This document shows positions 17,333 to 28,066 of a stretch of 64,000 nt of DNA, in pieces; within the stretch, counting starts at the first letter, position 1, and each line of letters starts with the position of its first letter. Source of the stretch: a virus; the IMG/VR virus record IMGVR_UViG_3300005841_000936, positions 17,560-81,559 of that record; one strand, given 5' to 3'. The notes below the pieces were generated by a model. That model searched no databases. It was given only the letters and a program-made list of their open reading frames with translations, and was not told the origin of the DNA. The translations under genes and the position numbers were made by a program.

Positions 17333-19594
17333 CTAAATGTGACCACCATCATCATAGATCGCCGCCGTGGCGCTATTACCTCCACCTGCCAGGACAACCT
17401 GCTTGCCGGTATTGTTGGCCGTCGAGTAGTCTAGGAACACTCTCTTGCCGCCTGTGCCTGCTCCGCGCTTGTCCTCGAATTTCCAAGGCATGGCACACTC
17501 GAAGTCTGAAACTTTGGCTTCCGTAAACGTGCCCGCCGCAGAAGTTACCTTGAGCAGTGAGAGAGTGCAGCCAGGGGTGAAATCATTCAGAATGCGAACA
17601 CCCTTAAGGTGGAAACCCTTAAGGTTACAGTCCGGTGCATTCTGATCGGCATTACTCGGGTCAACGGTAGCCACGGTGTTGCCGATCGTGAAGCCGTTAA
17701 GCGCCGCGGCGCCCCCATTCGGGATCCAATTGTTGATCGTCAATCCATCGACGACAAAGCCATCCCAATCACTTCCGTGAGCCATCAGCTCCGGGGCGCG
17801 GAAATTGTTCAGGATATTGTTCGCAATCCGGAGGACCCGGCCGCGCGCGGCCGACGGGTTTGTCTTCGCGAAACGCTGCGTCAGGCCCTCGAAATAGTTG
17901 TCACAGATATTCACGTAATCGTTCTGGATCCACACGCCTGTGCTATTGGCGAACACGCCAGTGTAGATCGTATTCAAGATAAAGTTGTCCGAAATGATCG
18001 AAGCGTAAGATGAACCAGGGCCACCAGAATATCCGCCGTCAAAATTAAGGAAGTAACCGCGCGATTGAGGCGTAAGATCGCCGTTGTCTCCCATCCAGCC
18101 AAGGGAACCCCCGCCCTTGGTGCAAATCATAGCCTGATTACCGGCGCAATGTTGAACGCGATTACCCTGAATGCTCAGGCGTCCAGCCTTACCATAGATT
18201 GGTTCGATATTGCCGACCGATGCACCGCTCTCCTTGTAAGCCGCGGTGATCTGGACACCAACGCCGGGAGGGGTCGCGAAGCACAGCATGAACTGCTTGG
18301 TGTTGTAATCAATCCAGCAGGCATAGTCGTGGCCAGTGAGGGCTACGGCAGTTCCCGTCGCGCTCGCGGCCAGCGACAAAGTGACTGTGTCGGCAGTATG
18401 ATCAATGGCCGTCACGTACGCATTCGCAGGAATGCCGGTGCCAGTCACGGACGCGCCAACATAAAGGGCATGGGTGTCAACGACGCCCGTTAGAACAGCC
18501 GACGATGCCGTTGTGTTGGCGGTGAAGGCCACCGCCGACAGCTGGTCAAGCAAACCTGTACCTTGGATCAGCTGAACGCCTGGTCGATACCATGCGTGGT
18601 CCGCGTCATCGGCAACTACGCCAGTGCCTGTGACAGTGAGACTGTCAAGCAGAGGCAAATATGTCAGCGAGCCAGTAAATACCGTCGTCTCACCGTCACC
18701 GGTGACGATAACCTCGGAGCGAGCGGTACCGTAATGCTGAAGCACTTTCTCGACAAAGTTGTCGTGGATCGATGCCGACTTCGCATTAACCTCAATGCCA
18801 TAGTTTCCGACCGAGCCTGGGTTGGACAAAGGCCGAACATTGCGAACATCGTTGTCATGGATATCAAGATGACCGAGCATATCAGGCCGCTGCCCGTTAC
18901 CAGGGTTAGCTACATAGCCCCACACGATCCCGCCGAAACCGCCTCGGATACCCGCAAGGCCGCAATCGATATCGTTGCCGCTGATCTGTGCGTAATTCCA
19001 ACGCGCTGCTTGAGCGCGGCACAAGCCACCACGATTTCGAACGACATTGTTCTTGAGAATGACCCGCTTCATGATTTTGTCGTAGGTCGGGTTCGCGGTT
19101 GAAGCGGCAAATCCACATTCCCAATTGGTCATGCGGCAGTTCTCGATCACAATGCGATCGACATCCTCTTCCATGAGGCTGGTGTAAACGAGATATTTTC
19201 CGTTAGTGGCGATGCCCGGCAGACCAAAATTCTCAAAGTGAATTCCTGAAGCGTACAAGGAACCACTGCGAGCATTGAGACAGGCATTGGCCGGGACAGT
19301 GGCGTTGGAAAACAGCAATCGAGTCTTACCAGGAACACCCGTGATAACGACGGGGGCTGAGAGCAGCGCGGTCATGGCGACGAGCGACCGGATATCGTAG
19401 TCGTAAGGTCCAAAATGAACATAGCCACCGCTGGTCAGCAATGCCTGCCACGCCGCCGTGTTGGTCACTACATCCGCCGGATTAGCCAGGCCGGCCGTGA
19501 AACCGGCCGCTTCCGCTGTCTCGACCAGCAGCAGATTCACCGCGGCGCGCAGTTCACCGTATTGATGGTCTTCAGCAACGAGGGGATTCGACAT
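17333..19594 (-). CDS. Pectin-lyase-like beta-helix spike/depolymerase
   Basis: 753 aa; 'NTAAWQALL..GGYVHF' start of helix and repeated I..N ladders. Confidence 0.75.
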   Translation of the reverse strand: MSNPLVAEDHQYGELRAAVNLLLVETAEAAGFTAGLANPADVVTNTAAWQALLTSGGYVHFGPYDYDIRSLVAMTALLSAPVVITGVPGKTRLLFSNATVPANACLNARSGSLYASGIHFENFGLPGIATNGKYLVYTSLMEEDVDRIVIENCRMTNWECGFAASTANPTYDKIMKRVILKNNVVRNRGGLCRAQAARWNYAQISGNDIDCGLAGIRGGFGGIVWGYVANPGNGQRPDMLGHLDIHDNDVRNVRPLSNPGSVGNYGIEVNAKSASIHDNFVEKVLQHYGTARSEVIVTGDGETTVFTGSLTYLPLLDSLTVTGTGVVADDADHAWYRPGVQLIQGTGLLDQLSAVAFTANTTASSAVLTGVVDTHALYVGASVTGTGIPANAYVTAIDHTADTVTLSLAASATGTAVALTGHDYACWIDYNTKQFMLCFATPPGVGVQITAAYKESGASVGNIEPIYGKAGRLSIQGNRVQHCAGNQAMICTKGGGSLGWMGDNGDLTPQSRGYFLNFDGGYSGGPGSSYASIISDNFILNTIYTGVFANSTGVWIQNDYVNICDNYFEGLTQRFAKTNPSAARGRVLRIANNILNNFRAPELMAHGSDWDGFVVDGLTINNWIPNGGAAALNGFTIGNTVATVDPSNADQNAPDCNLKGFHLKGVRILNDFTPGCTLSLLKVTSAAGTFTEAKVSDFECAMPWKFEDKRGAGTGGKRVFLDYSTANNTGKQVVLAGGGNSATAAIYDDGGHI

Positions 19595-19605
19595 TCAGCG
19601 GTCCT

Positions 19606-21240
19606 TTAAGGCATCACGGCAATGTCAGGGATGACCGTCGCATCGGCTATGTTGCCAGTGTAATCGGCTCCACCACCACCACCCGGGGCCGTGACGGGGG
19701 CATTGTTCAAAACGAGAAGAATGTTGTCGTGCTCCTGGGTCGTCAGCGAGCCCTTGATGAAGATCACCAAGGACACGTCACCGATCCATCGCTGCAATGG
19801 GTTGCCACTGCTAAGGTTGTCGGCGCCAATCCGGATCCGATCGCCGGCCGTGTTAGTGACGAGCGTCGTGACAACCGGAGGCATTGCCGTGCCGTCATAT
19901 TCGCCTTCGATCGAAGTGATGCCTGAAACTGCGGGAGGCCAATGGCCCATGACCACATGCTTGCCAGCGTAAACCGAAGTGGCGTGAACTGGTCCACCCG
20001 AGCTGCGGGCCTGAAAACGTGACACGCCACTCAGATTGACCTTCTGCAGCGCCCGATTGCTGGCGTTGGTTGATCCACCATAGGTTGCAAGCGCACGCGG
20101 TGCGGTGTCGACAGCGTCGAAGCTGGCCAGCGCGAAAATATATCCTTCCTCAGCGCCGAGCGCGAATTCCGACGTGATAGTCGCGATGCGCGAGAAATAT
20201 TCAGTGCCGGTGAAGCGCACGGCGGCGTGACCATTAAGGTCGTCGAGCACAACAAGCGGAGATCCAATAGCGGTAAGAACAACGCCATGAATCGAATCCG
20301 TCCAAGTGGAGGCAACACCACTGCCGTTGCGAACCAGGAGATCAGTGTCGTTAGCGTCGAACAGGACCATTCGCGAACCGAGGTCATCGATCAGATCCTC
20401 GATCGTGTAATCGGAAACTGGAGGCTGAACGTTGAAGGTGTACGCCTTCTGCGCCGTGTCACCAAGCGCGTCAGTGGCGTGGATGATCCAGTTATAGATT
20501 TGCGCCGAAGTTGTCGTTCCCGACACACGGCCCGTTTCCGGGTCAAAGGTCGTGCCAGCCGGGATGGTGCCAGTGAGGCTGAAAACATAAGGGGCAGTGC
20601 CGCCTTGAACCTGGGGGACGAAAGAATAAATTCCGCCCACTATTGTCGACACCGGCGGGACACCGCCCATGACCAAAGGTTCGGCCAGCACGGGTTGGTA
20701 GGCAACACGCATCCGCAGGATCAGCGACAGGCGCGTGATACTGACCTCACTAGTCACATTGAAACGAAGAATGTCTCCCCGAGATAGCAGCGTGTCCCAA
20801 CCGGTCAGATCATACGAAATGGCTTTGTCGTCCGCGGCGATGCTAGGCGGAGGGGCAGTGCCTGTAATCGAGTTCTCGGCAGTTGGCGGATAGTTGGTAA
20901 AATCCGTCTTCCAGATGCTCACGATCGCCGAACCAACTGTGTTTCCCAGCAAGGTCCAGCCAGTCAGCTCACCGTCAAAAGCAATCTCGACATCAGTCTG
21001 CACACCCGAAGTAAGCGGCACGGTAATGTTGCGGATCTCATCGACCCAGGTAGAGTCACCGTCAGTGGCAGACTGCTTCACCAGAAGCTGACCTTGATCG
21101 CCTCCCGCCATACCGGGGCCGGGATCGCCTTTGAAACCCCGCGGCCCTGTCAGCCCACCGCGCTGCAGTTCCACCGGTCGGCGCTCTGCTCGGGTCAACG
21201 CCACAGTCGTGGCCGGCCTTTGTAAGACGACGGTTGTCAC
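19606..21240 (-). CDS. Fibre protein: collagen-like segment, putative Ig domain, LamG-like domain
   Basis: GPRGFKGDPG; 'GGTAPYVFSLTGTIPAG..FDPETGRVSGT' Ig motif; 'FDAND...WTD...IGAD...WIGDV' LamG pattern. Confidence 0.75.
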   Translation of the reverse strand: MTTVVLQRPATTVALTRAERRPVELQRGGLTGPRGFKGDPGPGMAGGDQGQLLVKQSATDGDSTWVDEIRNITVPLTSGVQTDVEIAFDGELTGWTLLGNTVGSAIVSIWKTDFTNYPPTAENSITGTAPPPSIAADDKAISYDLTGWDTLLSRGDILRFNVTSEVSITRLSLILRMRVAYQPVLAEPLVMGGVPPVSTIVGGIYSFVPQVQGGTAPYVFSLTGTIPAGTTFDPETGRVSGTTTSAQIYNWIIHATDALGDTAQKAYTFNVQPPVSDYTIEDLIDDLGSRMVLFDANDTDLLVRNGSGVASTWTDSIHGVVLTAIGSPLVVLDDLNGHAAVRFTGTEYFSRIATITSEFALGAEEGYIFALASFDAVDTAPRALATYGGSTNASNRALQKVNLSGVSRFQARSSGGPVHATSVYAGKHVVMGHWPPAVSGITSIEGEYDGTAMPPVVTTLVTNTAGDRIRIGADNLSSGNPLQRWIGDVSLVIFIKGSLTTQEHDNILLVLNNAPVTAPGGGGGADYTGNIADATVIPDIAVMP

Positions 21241-21563
21241 CAGCCCCTCTTCCGAATGGTGCCTTCCCAGCGATCATCCTTTTTGCCACCCGTTTCATCC
21301 ATCACGAGGAATGGTGTGGGAGTGGTCGACGAGAGATTGGCGACGTCGTTGATCGTCAAGACCAGCATAAGTCCGGTCGCGTTATTCGGGTCGGCCACCA
21401 GAGCTTTTCTCAAGCCAGGCATCTCGAAAAACCAGGTGTCGCCTGAGATATCGACGACGGTCCCGGCCATATCCTTGTCAACAACCGAAATCGTCAGACC
21501 GGTGCGGCTGTGAACATAGATGTTGCCGAGGACATCGACGTCAGGAGGATTGTTCTGGCTCAC
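21237..21563 (-). CDS. Hypothetical virion protein (fibre anchor-like)
   Basis: 108 aa, coupled to the portal and fibre genes. Confidence 0.55.
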   Translation of the reverse strand: MSQNNPPDVDVLGNIYVHSRTGLTISVVDKDMAGTVVDISGDTWFFEMPGLRKALVADPNNATGLMLVLTINDVANLSSTTPTPFLVMDETGGKKDDRWEGTIRKRGW

Positions 21564-23029
21564 TTGCTACCAGCCTTCGTACGGTTGCTCTTCGCCGATT
21601 TCCCGCCAGGGGAAGTCAACGACCGACCGTTGGTGTCCTGGTTCGGTGAAACACTGCTGACATCGACCCCAGCCGCGCCTGCGTCAGGCACCAGGAAGTT
21701 CGTGCCTGACAACTCCTCAGCACCTGCGGCGGGCGGGCGCCCGTACATTTCCATATGATATTCCACATCCGTGATCAGGCCGAGTGAAAGGTCCTGCTTC
21801 AGGCGCGCGGCCTTCATCGTGAAGTGGGGCTCGAGCTCGAGAGTTGGTCGAAGTTCGACTGGGCGGAACCGAGCTTCAACGCGCCCTTGATATCCAGCGA
21901 GGCGCGTGGCGAGGGTCAGGACCTGGGTATAAAGATTCGCAACGCCACGGTTCAGTGCGTCCGCAGACATCGCAAATAGGCGAGCTTCTGTGCCGGCAGT
22001 GCCCCCGGTGTCGGACTTACCCACGACCGCCGGCATCACCTTCAGCGCTGACTGGTTCTGTGCATCGAGTACATCAATGATCTGCTGAATTTCCATGCCC
22101 GCGCCCGGGTTCTTGTCATTGATGATCTTAGCTTCAACCGAGGAGCTGTGGACGAAGGCCTGATCCGACCGAATATTTGCCATCGCTGAGGCGATATTAC
22201 CAACCTCGGTCTCGACATGGGCCCGAAGCTTGGCCGGATCCGATCGAGTGGTGCTCGGTGCGTTGGCGGCAAGCACCTCCTCGAGGATCGAAACATCCAT
22301 GCGCGGATATCCCACCACACGCATGATCCGGTACAACTCGTTGATCACCTCCTGACGCGCGGCGATCGCGTTGATCGCCGCTACGAACGGCGAGTAGGTG
22401 TACATATCCGTCGGGTTCTGATGGTAGTTCGACGTGAAAAATGTCGGCACGTTGAGATCGATCTCAACGTTCGAACCGGCCGGCTTCTGGGCAGGAAGAT
22501 ACACGCCCGGAGCCGTCTCCTTCCAGATTAGCGTCGAAGTGTCGATCAGCCGAAGTTCGAACGGGGTATAAGTCTTGTCGAGAACCAGCTCGGCACCGAT
22601 CGTACCACGCAGTAGGGCCATATAACGACAGTTCGTGCTCAATGCGTCGAGCGTCGGCTTGTTCGAATAACCGAGCGTATAATCATTGGTCGTAGTGATC
22701 TGCTCGAGAAGACTCTGTGCCAGGCCAATGCCCTCAACATCGATCTGCCGATCGGGGCCGTAGGCGTAGATGTCGAGCTTCGCAGAACCTGCAATCGTCA
22801 AATATGAATGAACCGCGGCGGACACATCTGGATCGTGGTTGACCAGATCATTGAGAAGCGTTCGGCTGTCGCCCGACTGTCGGCTTGAATAAATGTCCGT
22901 GAGATGCTGCCGATAAAGCGGCGCACGCAGGATTGGCTGCTTCGGGACGTAAGTAGGGGTGCTCGCCCGCCCGCCCTTTTGCTGCTTTCCCTTCGGTAGC
23001 AGGATCGTGAGTGGATTACCAAGCGCCAT
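21560..23029 (-). CDS. Portal protein
   Basis: 489 aa, immediately downstream of the large terminase; 'DPDVSAAV' portal-type motif. Confidence 0.82.
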   Translation of the reverse strand: MALGNPLTILLPKGKQQKGGRASTPTYVPKQPILRAPLYRQHLTDIYSSRQSGDSRTLLNDLVNHDPDVSAAVHSYLTIAGSAKLDIYAYGPDRQIDVEGIGLAQSLLEQITTTNDYTLGYSNKPTLDALSTNCRYMALLRGTIGAELVLDKTYTPFELRLIDTSTLIWKETAPGVYLPAQKPAGSNVEIDLNVPTFFTSNYHQNPTDMYTYSPFVAAINAIAARQEVINELYRIMRVVGYPRMDVSILEEVLAANAPSTTRSDPAKLRAHVETEVGNIASAMANIRSDQAFVHSSSVEAKIINDKNPGAGMEIQQIIDVLDAQNQSALKVMPAVVGKSDTGGTAGTEARLFAMSADALNRGVANLYTQVLTLATRLAGYQGRVEARFRPVELRPTLELEPHFTMKAARLKQDLSLGLITDVEYHMEMYGRPPAAGAEELSGTNFLVPDAGAAGVDVSSVSPNQDTNGRSLTSPGGKSAKSNRTKAGSK

Positions 23030-24744
23030 TAGCCGAGCCTCGAGAGGCGGCTGCTGTCACCCATTAAACTAGAGCCCGTCTGACCGAAGGTAGTTGTAAC
23101 GATCAAGCTTGAGGTTGCGACGAGGCCTGACTGGGTATGAAACATGTGATCGCATACTCGCCTGGCTAAGAGCGACAGAGCCATCGCGTGGAAGAAGTGA
23201 TCGTTGCCGCTGGTCTTTTTCCATTCGGCCTCGACGTCTGGGCGCTCATCACGCACCATGTCGCTCAAATGGGTGATCACTGTCTCCTTCAGACCACTAT
23301 AACCACTGATCACCACCTTCCGCCGGCTGATCATCGAGTGCAGTCGATCGAGGATGAGTGTGTTGTTCGCCGAATAGTGCGTCAGCAGGCCCAACTCATC
23401 CTTGTGCGGAAGCAAAGCGTTGGCACCGCGGTACTGGATCGGCATAATCAGATACTGAGTGGCGTCACGAAGCGCATCGACCGTCGGCGTGAAGGGAAAG
23501 CGATCCGATGCGCCCTGCACGATGTTATAGATCTTGCGCAGTTCGTTGATCCGGGTCTCGAGCTGCGAGACAGGAAAGTTCTCGAACAGCACGAAGACCG
23601 GCTGGCCTTCGGCATCATCCCGGCTAAGCGTCAACCAGCAGGTAAAACCAATATCCACGCCCAGGAAGACTGGCGTGTCCTTGGCAACGTTGGGGATTTC
23701 TCCGCCCCGCATGCAGGCTTCGATGTCACCGCGCTGCACCTGCGCCGATGTCGCCGTGTAGGCCTCTCCGAGCACAGTGTTGTGGAAACCGCGTGGGAAA
23801 CTCTGCTCGAGATATTTAGCAAGCTGCGTAAAGATGTATGACGGGCTCAGTCGGCCGGTGCTAAACGGGCGTACCTGATAACCGCGAAAGTTCTGCCGGC
23901 CAGGGTATGTGGCTACCCACTCGCGCGTCTCAGCATCCTGCAGGTGCAGTCGCTTCTGACACCGCTCGCACCGAACATAGCTGTCGTGGATCGGCATCAA
24001 CGCGATCTGCTCGGCCGTCAGATCCGAGAAGTCCGAGAGCTCCGTATCAAAACCGTCAAGATAGATGAACTTGGGGGTGAAGCGCGGAATCTGCCAATGG
24101 TTGCAGCTCACACACCGAGCCAGGTATTCGCGCTGATCGGTGAGCGCGTAGCTCTTGTCGATGCCGAGCCCAACAAACGTCGGCGTGGAAAATTTCTGCG
24201 TCACCCGCATGTCGGAATTCTGCAAACGGGATTGGTAGAGACCAATCATATCCACGGGGCTAAGATCGAGCTCATCATGAAACAGAAAATCGGCCGGTGT
24301 GGAGGTTGCGTCACCCTCGGTACAGCCCGTGATGTAGAGGAAACTGTCTCTGATCTGGACCGTATCGCGCCGGCGCACCGGTGATATCTCCGTGTCCGGA
24401 TTAAAGATTTCGTCGGCCTCCAGGATTGGCTTAATCCGGGTGTTATAAACTCGAGTGAACATCTTCTCGTTGGGGAGCGTGAAGATGCCGGAGATATTGT
24501 TGCCACGAGCCGTGATCGCGAGCGCCTTGCGGATCTGAACCTCGGTCAGGCCCACCTGAGAGCATTTCTTGACCGACATGTCCGGGTGCATGTCGTCAGC
24601 GATGGCCTTCTGAAAATGATAATCGAGGAAATTAAAAGGGCGCTTCTTGATCGTGGTGTTGGCCATGATCCAACTGCCCATCGGCTGGGCACTGGATCCG
24701 GTCCCGAACCGTACCTTCACCGTATTGTAGAGTTCGTCGAACAT
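23029..24744 (-). CDS. terL: Terminase large subunit (lambda GpA-like)
   Basis: 'KKCSQVGLTE' Walker A variant, 'FHDELD' Walker B, CxxC pairs, 'GVDIG' nuclease, 'NDHFFHA'; likely start MFDELY. Confidence 0.9.
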   Translation of the reverse strand: MFDELYNTVKVRFGTGSSAQPMGSWIMANTTIKKRPFNFLDYHFQKAIADDMHPDMSVKKCSQVGLTEVQIRKALAITARGNNISGIFTLPNEKMFTRVYNTRIKPILEADEIFNPDTEISPVRRRDTVQIRDSFLYITGCTEGDATSTPADFLFHDELDLSPVDMIGLYQSRLQNSDMRVTQKFSTPTFVGLGIDKSYALTDQREYLARCVSCNHWQIPRFTPKFIYLDGFDTELSDFSDLTAEQIALMPIHDSYVRCERCQKRLHLQDAETREWVATYPGRQNFRGYQVRPFSTGRLSPSYIFTQLAKYLEQSFPRGFHNTVLGEAYTATSAQVQRGDIEACMRGGEIPNVAKDTPVFLGVDIGFTCWLTLSRDDAEGQPVFVLFENFPVSQLETRINELRKIYNIVQGASDRFPFTPTVDALRDATQYLIMPIQYRGANALLPHKDELGLLTHYSANNTLILDRLHSMISRRKVVISGYSGLKETVITHLSDMVRDERPDVEAEWKKTSGNDHFFHAMALSLLARRVCDHMFHTQSGLVATSSLIVTTTFGQTGSSLMGDSSRLSRLG

Positions 24745-24808
24745 CGACGATTGTCTGGGCAGCAAGTGAATCTCGAAACAAGGAAAGAATAGCGGTGGTG
24801 GCCTCCAA

Positions 24809-24821
24809 GTTACCTGGTAAG
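24809..24821. promoter_or_regulatory. Operator motif A (GTTACCTGGTAAG) in the divergent late/replication intergenic region
   Basis: 12/13 match to the perfect palindrome at 31007. Confidence 0.7.
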
Positions 24822-24869
24822 ATTCTGTTTTTGAGTGGTTCCGGATTTTTTCCGGACTCATAGGAGGGC

Positions 24870-25403
24870 ATGCAAAATTACCCGACGCTCAGAATTGCCC
24901 AGCTTCAGAGCCTAATCTCGCTGAAGCAGTCGATCGAAGCCGACCCGCTTATGCTTCGAAAGACCGACTGTCCCTACGACAACGACTTGATCGATGTGCT
25001 CGAGGAGCTGTTCAAGACGAAGGTCATAAAGGAACGGGTCGAGGTCCCTGTCGAGGTGATTCACACCCCGCGTGCCCCGGCGGGTCGGAAGAAAAAGGCG
25101 GGTGAACTCACCGATAGCGATGCCGAGGAGGTCGAGACCCAGGCGCTGGAGCTGTTGGTGGAGCTGAAGAAGCTCGGAAAGAGCGCAGGCTCGGAAGAAA
25201 GCACCCTGGAGACCAGCGAAAAGCTGAACATTATCAAGGTGCAGACCACCCTGATGGAAAAGCTCATTAACATTCGCGAGCGCTTCTCCAACGTCAAGAA
25301 GATGTCCCAGTTTCAGGAAACGGTGATCAAGATCCTCGACGATCTGATCGGTGAGGATGGCCGGGCCGAGTTCCTGCGCCGGCTGGAGCCGTACCGGACA
25401 TGA
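24870..25403 (+). CDS. Putative terminase small subunit
   Basis: 177 aa helical protein divergent from terL; GGAGG SD; function inferred from position. Confidence 0.5.
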   Translation: MQNYPTLRIAQLQSLISLKQSIEADPLMLRKTDCPYDNDLIDVLEELFKTKVIKERVEVPVEVIHTPRAPAGRKKKAGELTDSDAEEVETQALELLVELKKLGKSAGSEESTLETSEKLNIIKVQTTLMEKLINIRERFSNVKKMSQFQETVIKILDDLIGEDGRAEFLRRLEPYRT

Positions 25404-25633
25404 ATGTGCCATTACTCAACCGGGAGGAAATGCTCGTTTATCAAGCGGCGCTGCTGGCGATCAGCACGGTTGTGGCGCGTGTCCAAGACTCGATCCATGC
25501 CCTGCTGGCCCGAGGATATACGATCGATGACCTGGCGCTCTCCCAAGGCATCAATCAGGGCGTCGATGAGATGAAGCACGAGATGGCGCTGAGCCTGATC
25601 CCGCATTTGGTCAATCTTGGAAGGCCCAATTAA
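25400..25633 (+). CDS. Hypothetical protein
   Basis: ATGA-coupled ORF. Confidence 0.6.
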   Translation: MNVPLLNREEMLVYQAALLAISTVVARVQDSIHALLARGYTIDDLALSQGINQGVDEMKHEMALSLIPHLVNLGRPN

Positions 25634-28066
25634 ATGAACATATTCCGCGACAACGCACCGCTGTATTGGGCAGCGGGCATTCCAGCCATGCCACTCAAGC
25701 AGAGGCAGAAGGCCCCGATCCTCGCCGAGTGGACGACATATGGCACAACCATGCCATCTGCTGCGATCCGAGACCATTGGCTCGAGACCTATCCCCGATC
25801 GAACATCGGTCTACCGTTCGGACCCGCATCGGGTTTGTGCGCGATCGACATCGATACGGTTGATCCAGAAATTGTCGCGGCGATCGAGGATTGCCTGCCG
25901 GCTTCGCCTTGGAAACGCATCGGCGCCAAGGGCTGCGCGCTGATTTTCAAGTGGCAGGGCCAGCGGAACTTCAAAATCAGGGACGACAGTGGCATGCTGT
26001 GCGAGTTCCTTGGCCTCGGTAACCAGCTCGTACTGCCGCCATCGATCCATCCAGACACTGGTCAACCGTACGTCTCGGACACAAACCTCTGGGAGGTAAT
26101 GGACAAGATCCAGCCGCTCGGGGTCGATATTGAGGACCGGTTACGGGCGGCACTGGGGGTGAAGGGCTATTCGCTCGCCCACGACGGCCGCTCGAAGCCG
26201 CTCGATGTGGTGCCAGCCGGCGAGCGGGACATACAGCTGGTGCGCCACGCCGGGTACCTTGCCCGGGTCGTGCTCGGCATCGATAAGAACACCAAGTTCT
26301 CGCTCGGCGAAGCACTCGCCCAGATGCACACATGGGTTGTCGACTTCACCGCGTCGGCCGCGGGTGATGACATGGACCCGCAAAAGGGCCTGGCCAAACT
26401 GCTCGAGTTCCTGCTGCGTGATATTGAAGGCGGTCGGACGCTGCCCGAAGGCTGGGATGCTGGCCTGACCGAAGAGCACTTTGCTCACCCGACGATCGCC
26501 GCGATCCGTGACAAGAACCAGGCCGAGCGGTGGACCTTCGCTCGGGCCAAGGACTGGATCTCGGGACAAATCGCGCAGAAGCCAGACGATGATAATTGGG
26601 CGCTCGACCGGATCGCCGAGATTATTGAGAAAGTCGCGGCCGACGAAAACTTCCTCGATCACCATTTTGACGCACTGGTCCCTGCCCTACAGCGCGCGTC
26701 GGGCAGTATCAAACTGTCCAAGCCTGCGCTCGCCAAGATGTTCAAAGGCGCGCGGCAGGGTGAGATTGAAATGGCCGCAGATCACGACGCAATCGCCCGA
26801 CAGGTCGTGGAGGAGATGGACCGCGGCGGCGAGCTGCGCCACGCGATGGGTTCCTTCTGGCAGTGGAACGGCTCTTGCTACGGTGAGATCGACGATAAGG
26901 TCGTTTACGACCACATCTCGACCCGCGTGAAGGGCAACGTACTGTCGAAGCGCCATTCCGATTATCAGGCACTGGTCAAGGTTGTCGCTAACATGGTCCA
27001 GAAGCCGCTCGATGAATGTGGCGAGATCGGGATCAACTTCGCCAACGGGTTTCTGGATGCAGACCTTGTGCTTCACGAGCACGCGCCCAAGTACGGCAAG
27101 ACCTTCACGATGCCCTTCAACTACGTTCCGGCCCGCAGGCACGAGGCGCATAAGTGGCTCGCCTATCTCGAGACCAGCTGGGGGGACGATCCGGATTACG
27201 ACGACAAGGTCAAGGCGCTGCAGGAGGCGTTCGCCGCGACCATGTTCGGAGTAGCCCCCTCGTTTCAGAGGGTAATCTTGCTCCACGGGAAATCCGGATC
27301 AGGCAAGACCCAGGCGCTCGAGGTCCTTCAGGCAATGATGCCTCCAACCGCCGTATGTTCAATGCCGCCTGACCTTTGGAGTCAACGTTTTGCGATGACG
27401 GGCATGGTCGGAAAGACGCTCAACGTGTGCGGCGAGCTTCCGGAAGATTCCATGATCTCGGGCGAAGTCTTCAAGAAGGTGGTGGAAGGTGCCCAGATTC
27501 CCACCGAGCATAAGGGCCAGGACGGGTTTGAGTTCAAGCCCTTCGCGGCCCACTGGTTTGCGTCCAATCACTTGCCGCGATCACGCGACACTTCGATCGG
27601 GTTTATCCGGCGCTGGCTCATTCTCGATTACAATCGCGTGGTTCCTCCCGAGGAGCGTCAGATCAATTTTCATCGGGTCCTGATCGACGAAGAACGCGAG
27701 GCAATAGCGGCATGGGCTGTCGAAGGGTTCAAGCGCTTGCGCGAGCAGAAGGATTATACTCTACCCGCGTCGCACAAGCTTCGATCCAACCAGATCCGTC
27801 GATCGAACAACTCTGTGGCCGCATTTCTGCAGACTTCCGAGCGAGTTCGCCCCGCCGAGGGCGGTCAAGCGGACGCGCGTGAGGTATTCGACCAGTATCT
27901 GTTCTATCAGAAGGACGTTTCACGCGGTAATGGCGTATCGTATGAGAGGTTTCTGCAGATGATGCCCGATCTCGATTATCCTGTGGAAGAATACATGGAC
28001 GAAATTGGTGTCAACAGGTCCAAAATAATGGGCCTACATCTAAGATTAGCCCCCTTAAATAAGTAG
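25634..28066 (+). CDS. Bifunctional primase-polymerase fused to D5/P4-like SF3 helicase
   Basis: N-terminal 'NIGL...AIDID...VLPPSIHPDTGQPY'; C-terminal 'INFANG', Walker A GKSGSGKT, 'ASNHLP..D...RRW'. Confidence 0.92.
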   Translation: MNIFRDNAPLYWAAGIPAMPLKQRQKAPILAEWTTYGTTMPSAAIRDHWLETYPRSNIGLPFGPASGLCAIDIDTVDPEIVAAIEDCLPASPWKRIGAKGCALIFKWQGQRNFKIRDDSGMLCEFLGLGNQLVLPPSIHPDTGQPYVSDTNLWEVMDKIQPLGVDIEDRLRAALGVKGYSLAHDGRSKPLDVVPAGERDIQLVRHAGYLARVVLGIDKNTKFSLGEALAQMHTWVVDFTASAAGDDMDPQKGLAKLLEFLLRDIEGGRTLPEGWDAGLTEEHFAHPTIAAIRDKNQAERWTFARAKDWISGQIAQKPDDDNWALDRIAEIIEKVAADENFLDHHFDALVPALQRASGSIKLSKPALAKMFKGARQGEIEMAADHDAIARQVVEEMDRGGELRHAMGSFWQWNGSCYGEIDDKVVYDHISTRVKGNVLSKRHSDYQALVKVVANMVQKPLDECGEIGINFANGFLDADLVLHEHAPKYGKTFTMPFNYVPARRHEAHKWLAYLETSWGDDPDYDDKVKALQEAFAATMFGVAPSFQRVILLHGKSGSGKTQALEVLQAMMPPTAVCSMPPDLWSQRFAMTGMVGKTLNVCGELPEDSMISGEVFKKVVEGAQIPTEHKGQDGFEFKPFAAHWFASNHLPRSRDTSIGFIRRWLILDYNRVVPPEERQINFHRVLIDEEREAIAAWAVEGFKRLREQKDYTLPASHKLRSNQIRRSNNSVAAFLQTSERVRPAEGGQADAREVFDQYLFYQKDVSRGNGVSYERFLQMMPDLDYPVEEYMDEIGVNRSKIMGLHLRLAPLNK

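Noticed and set aside
24745-24861. 39-aa N-terminal extension of terL in the ORF track
   Set aside because: Overlaps the divergent regulatory region and the RBS of 24870; the start at 24744 is more plausible
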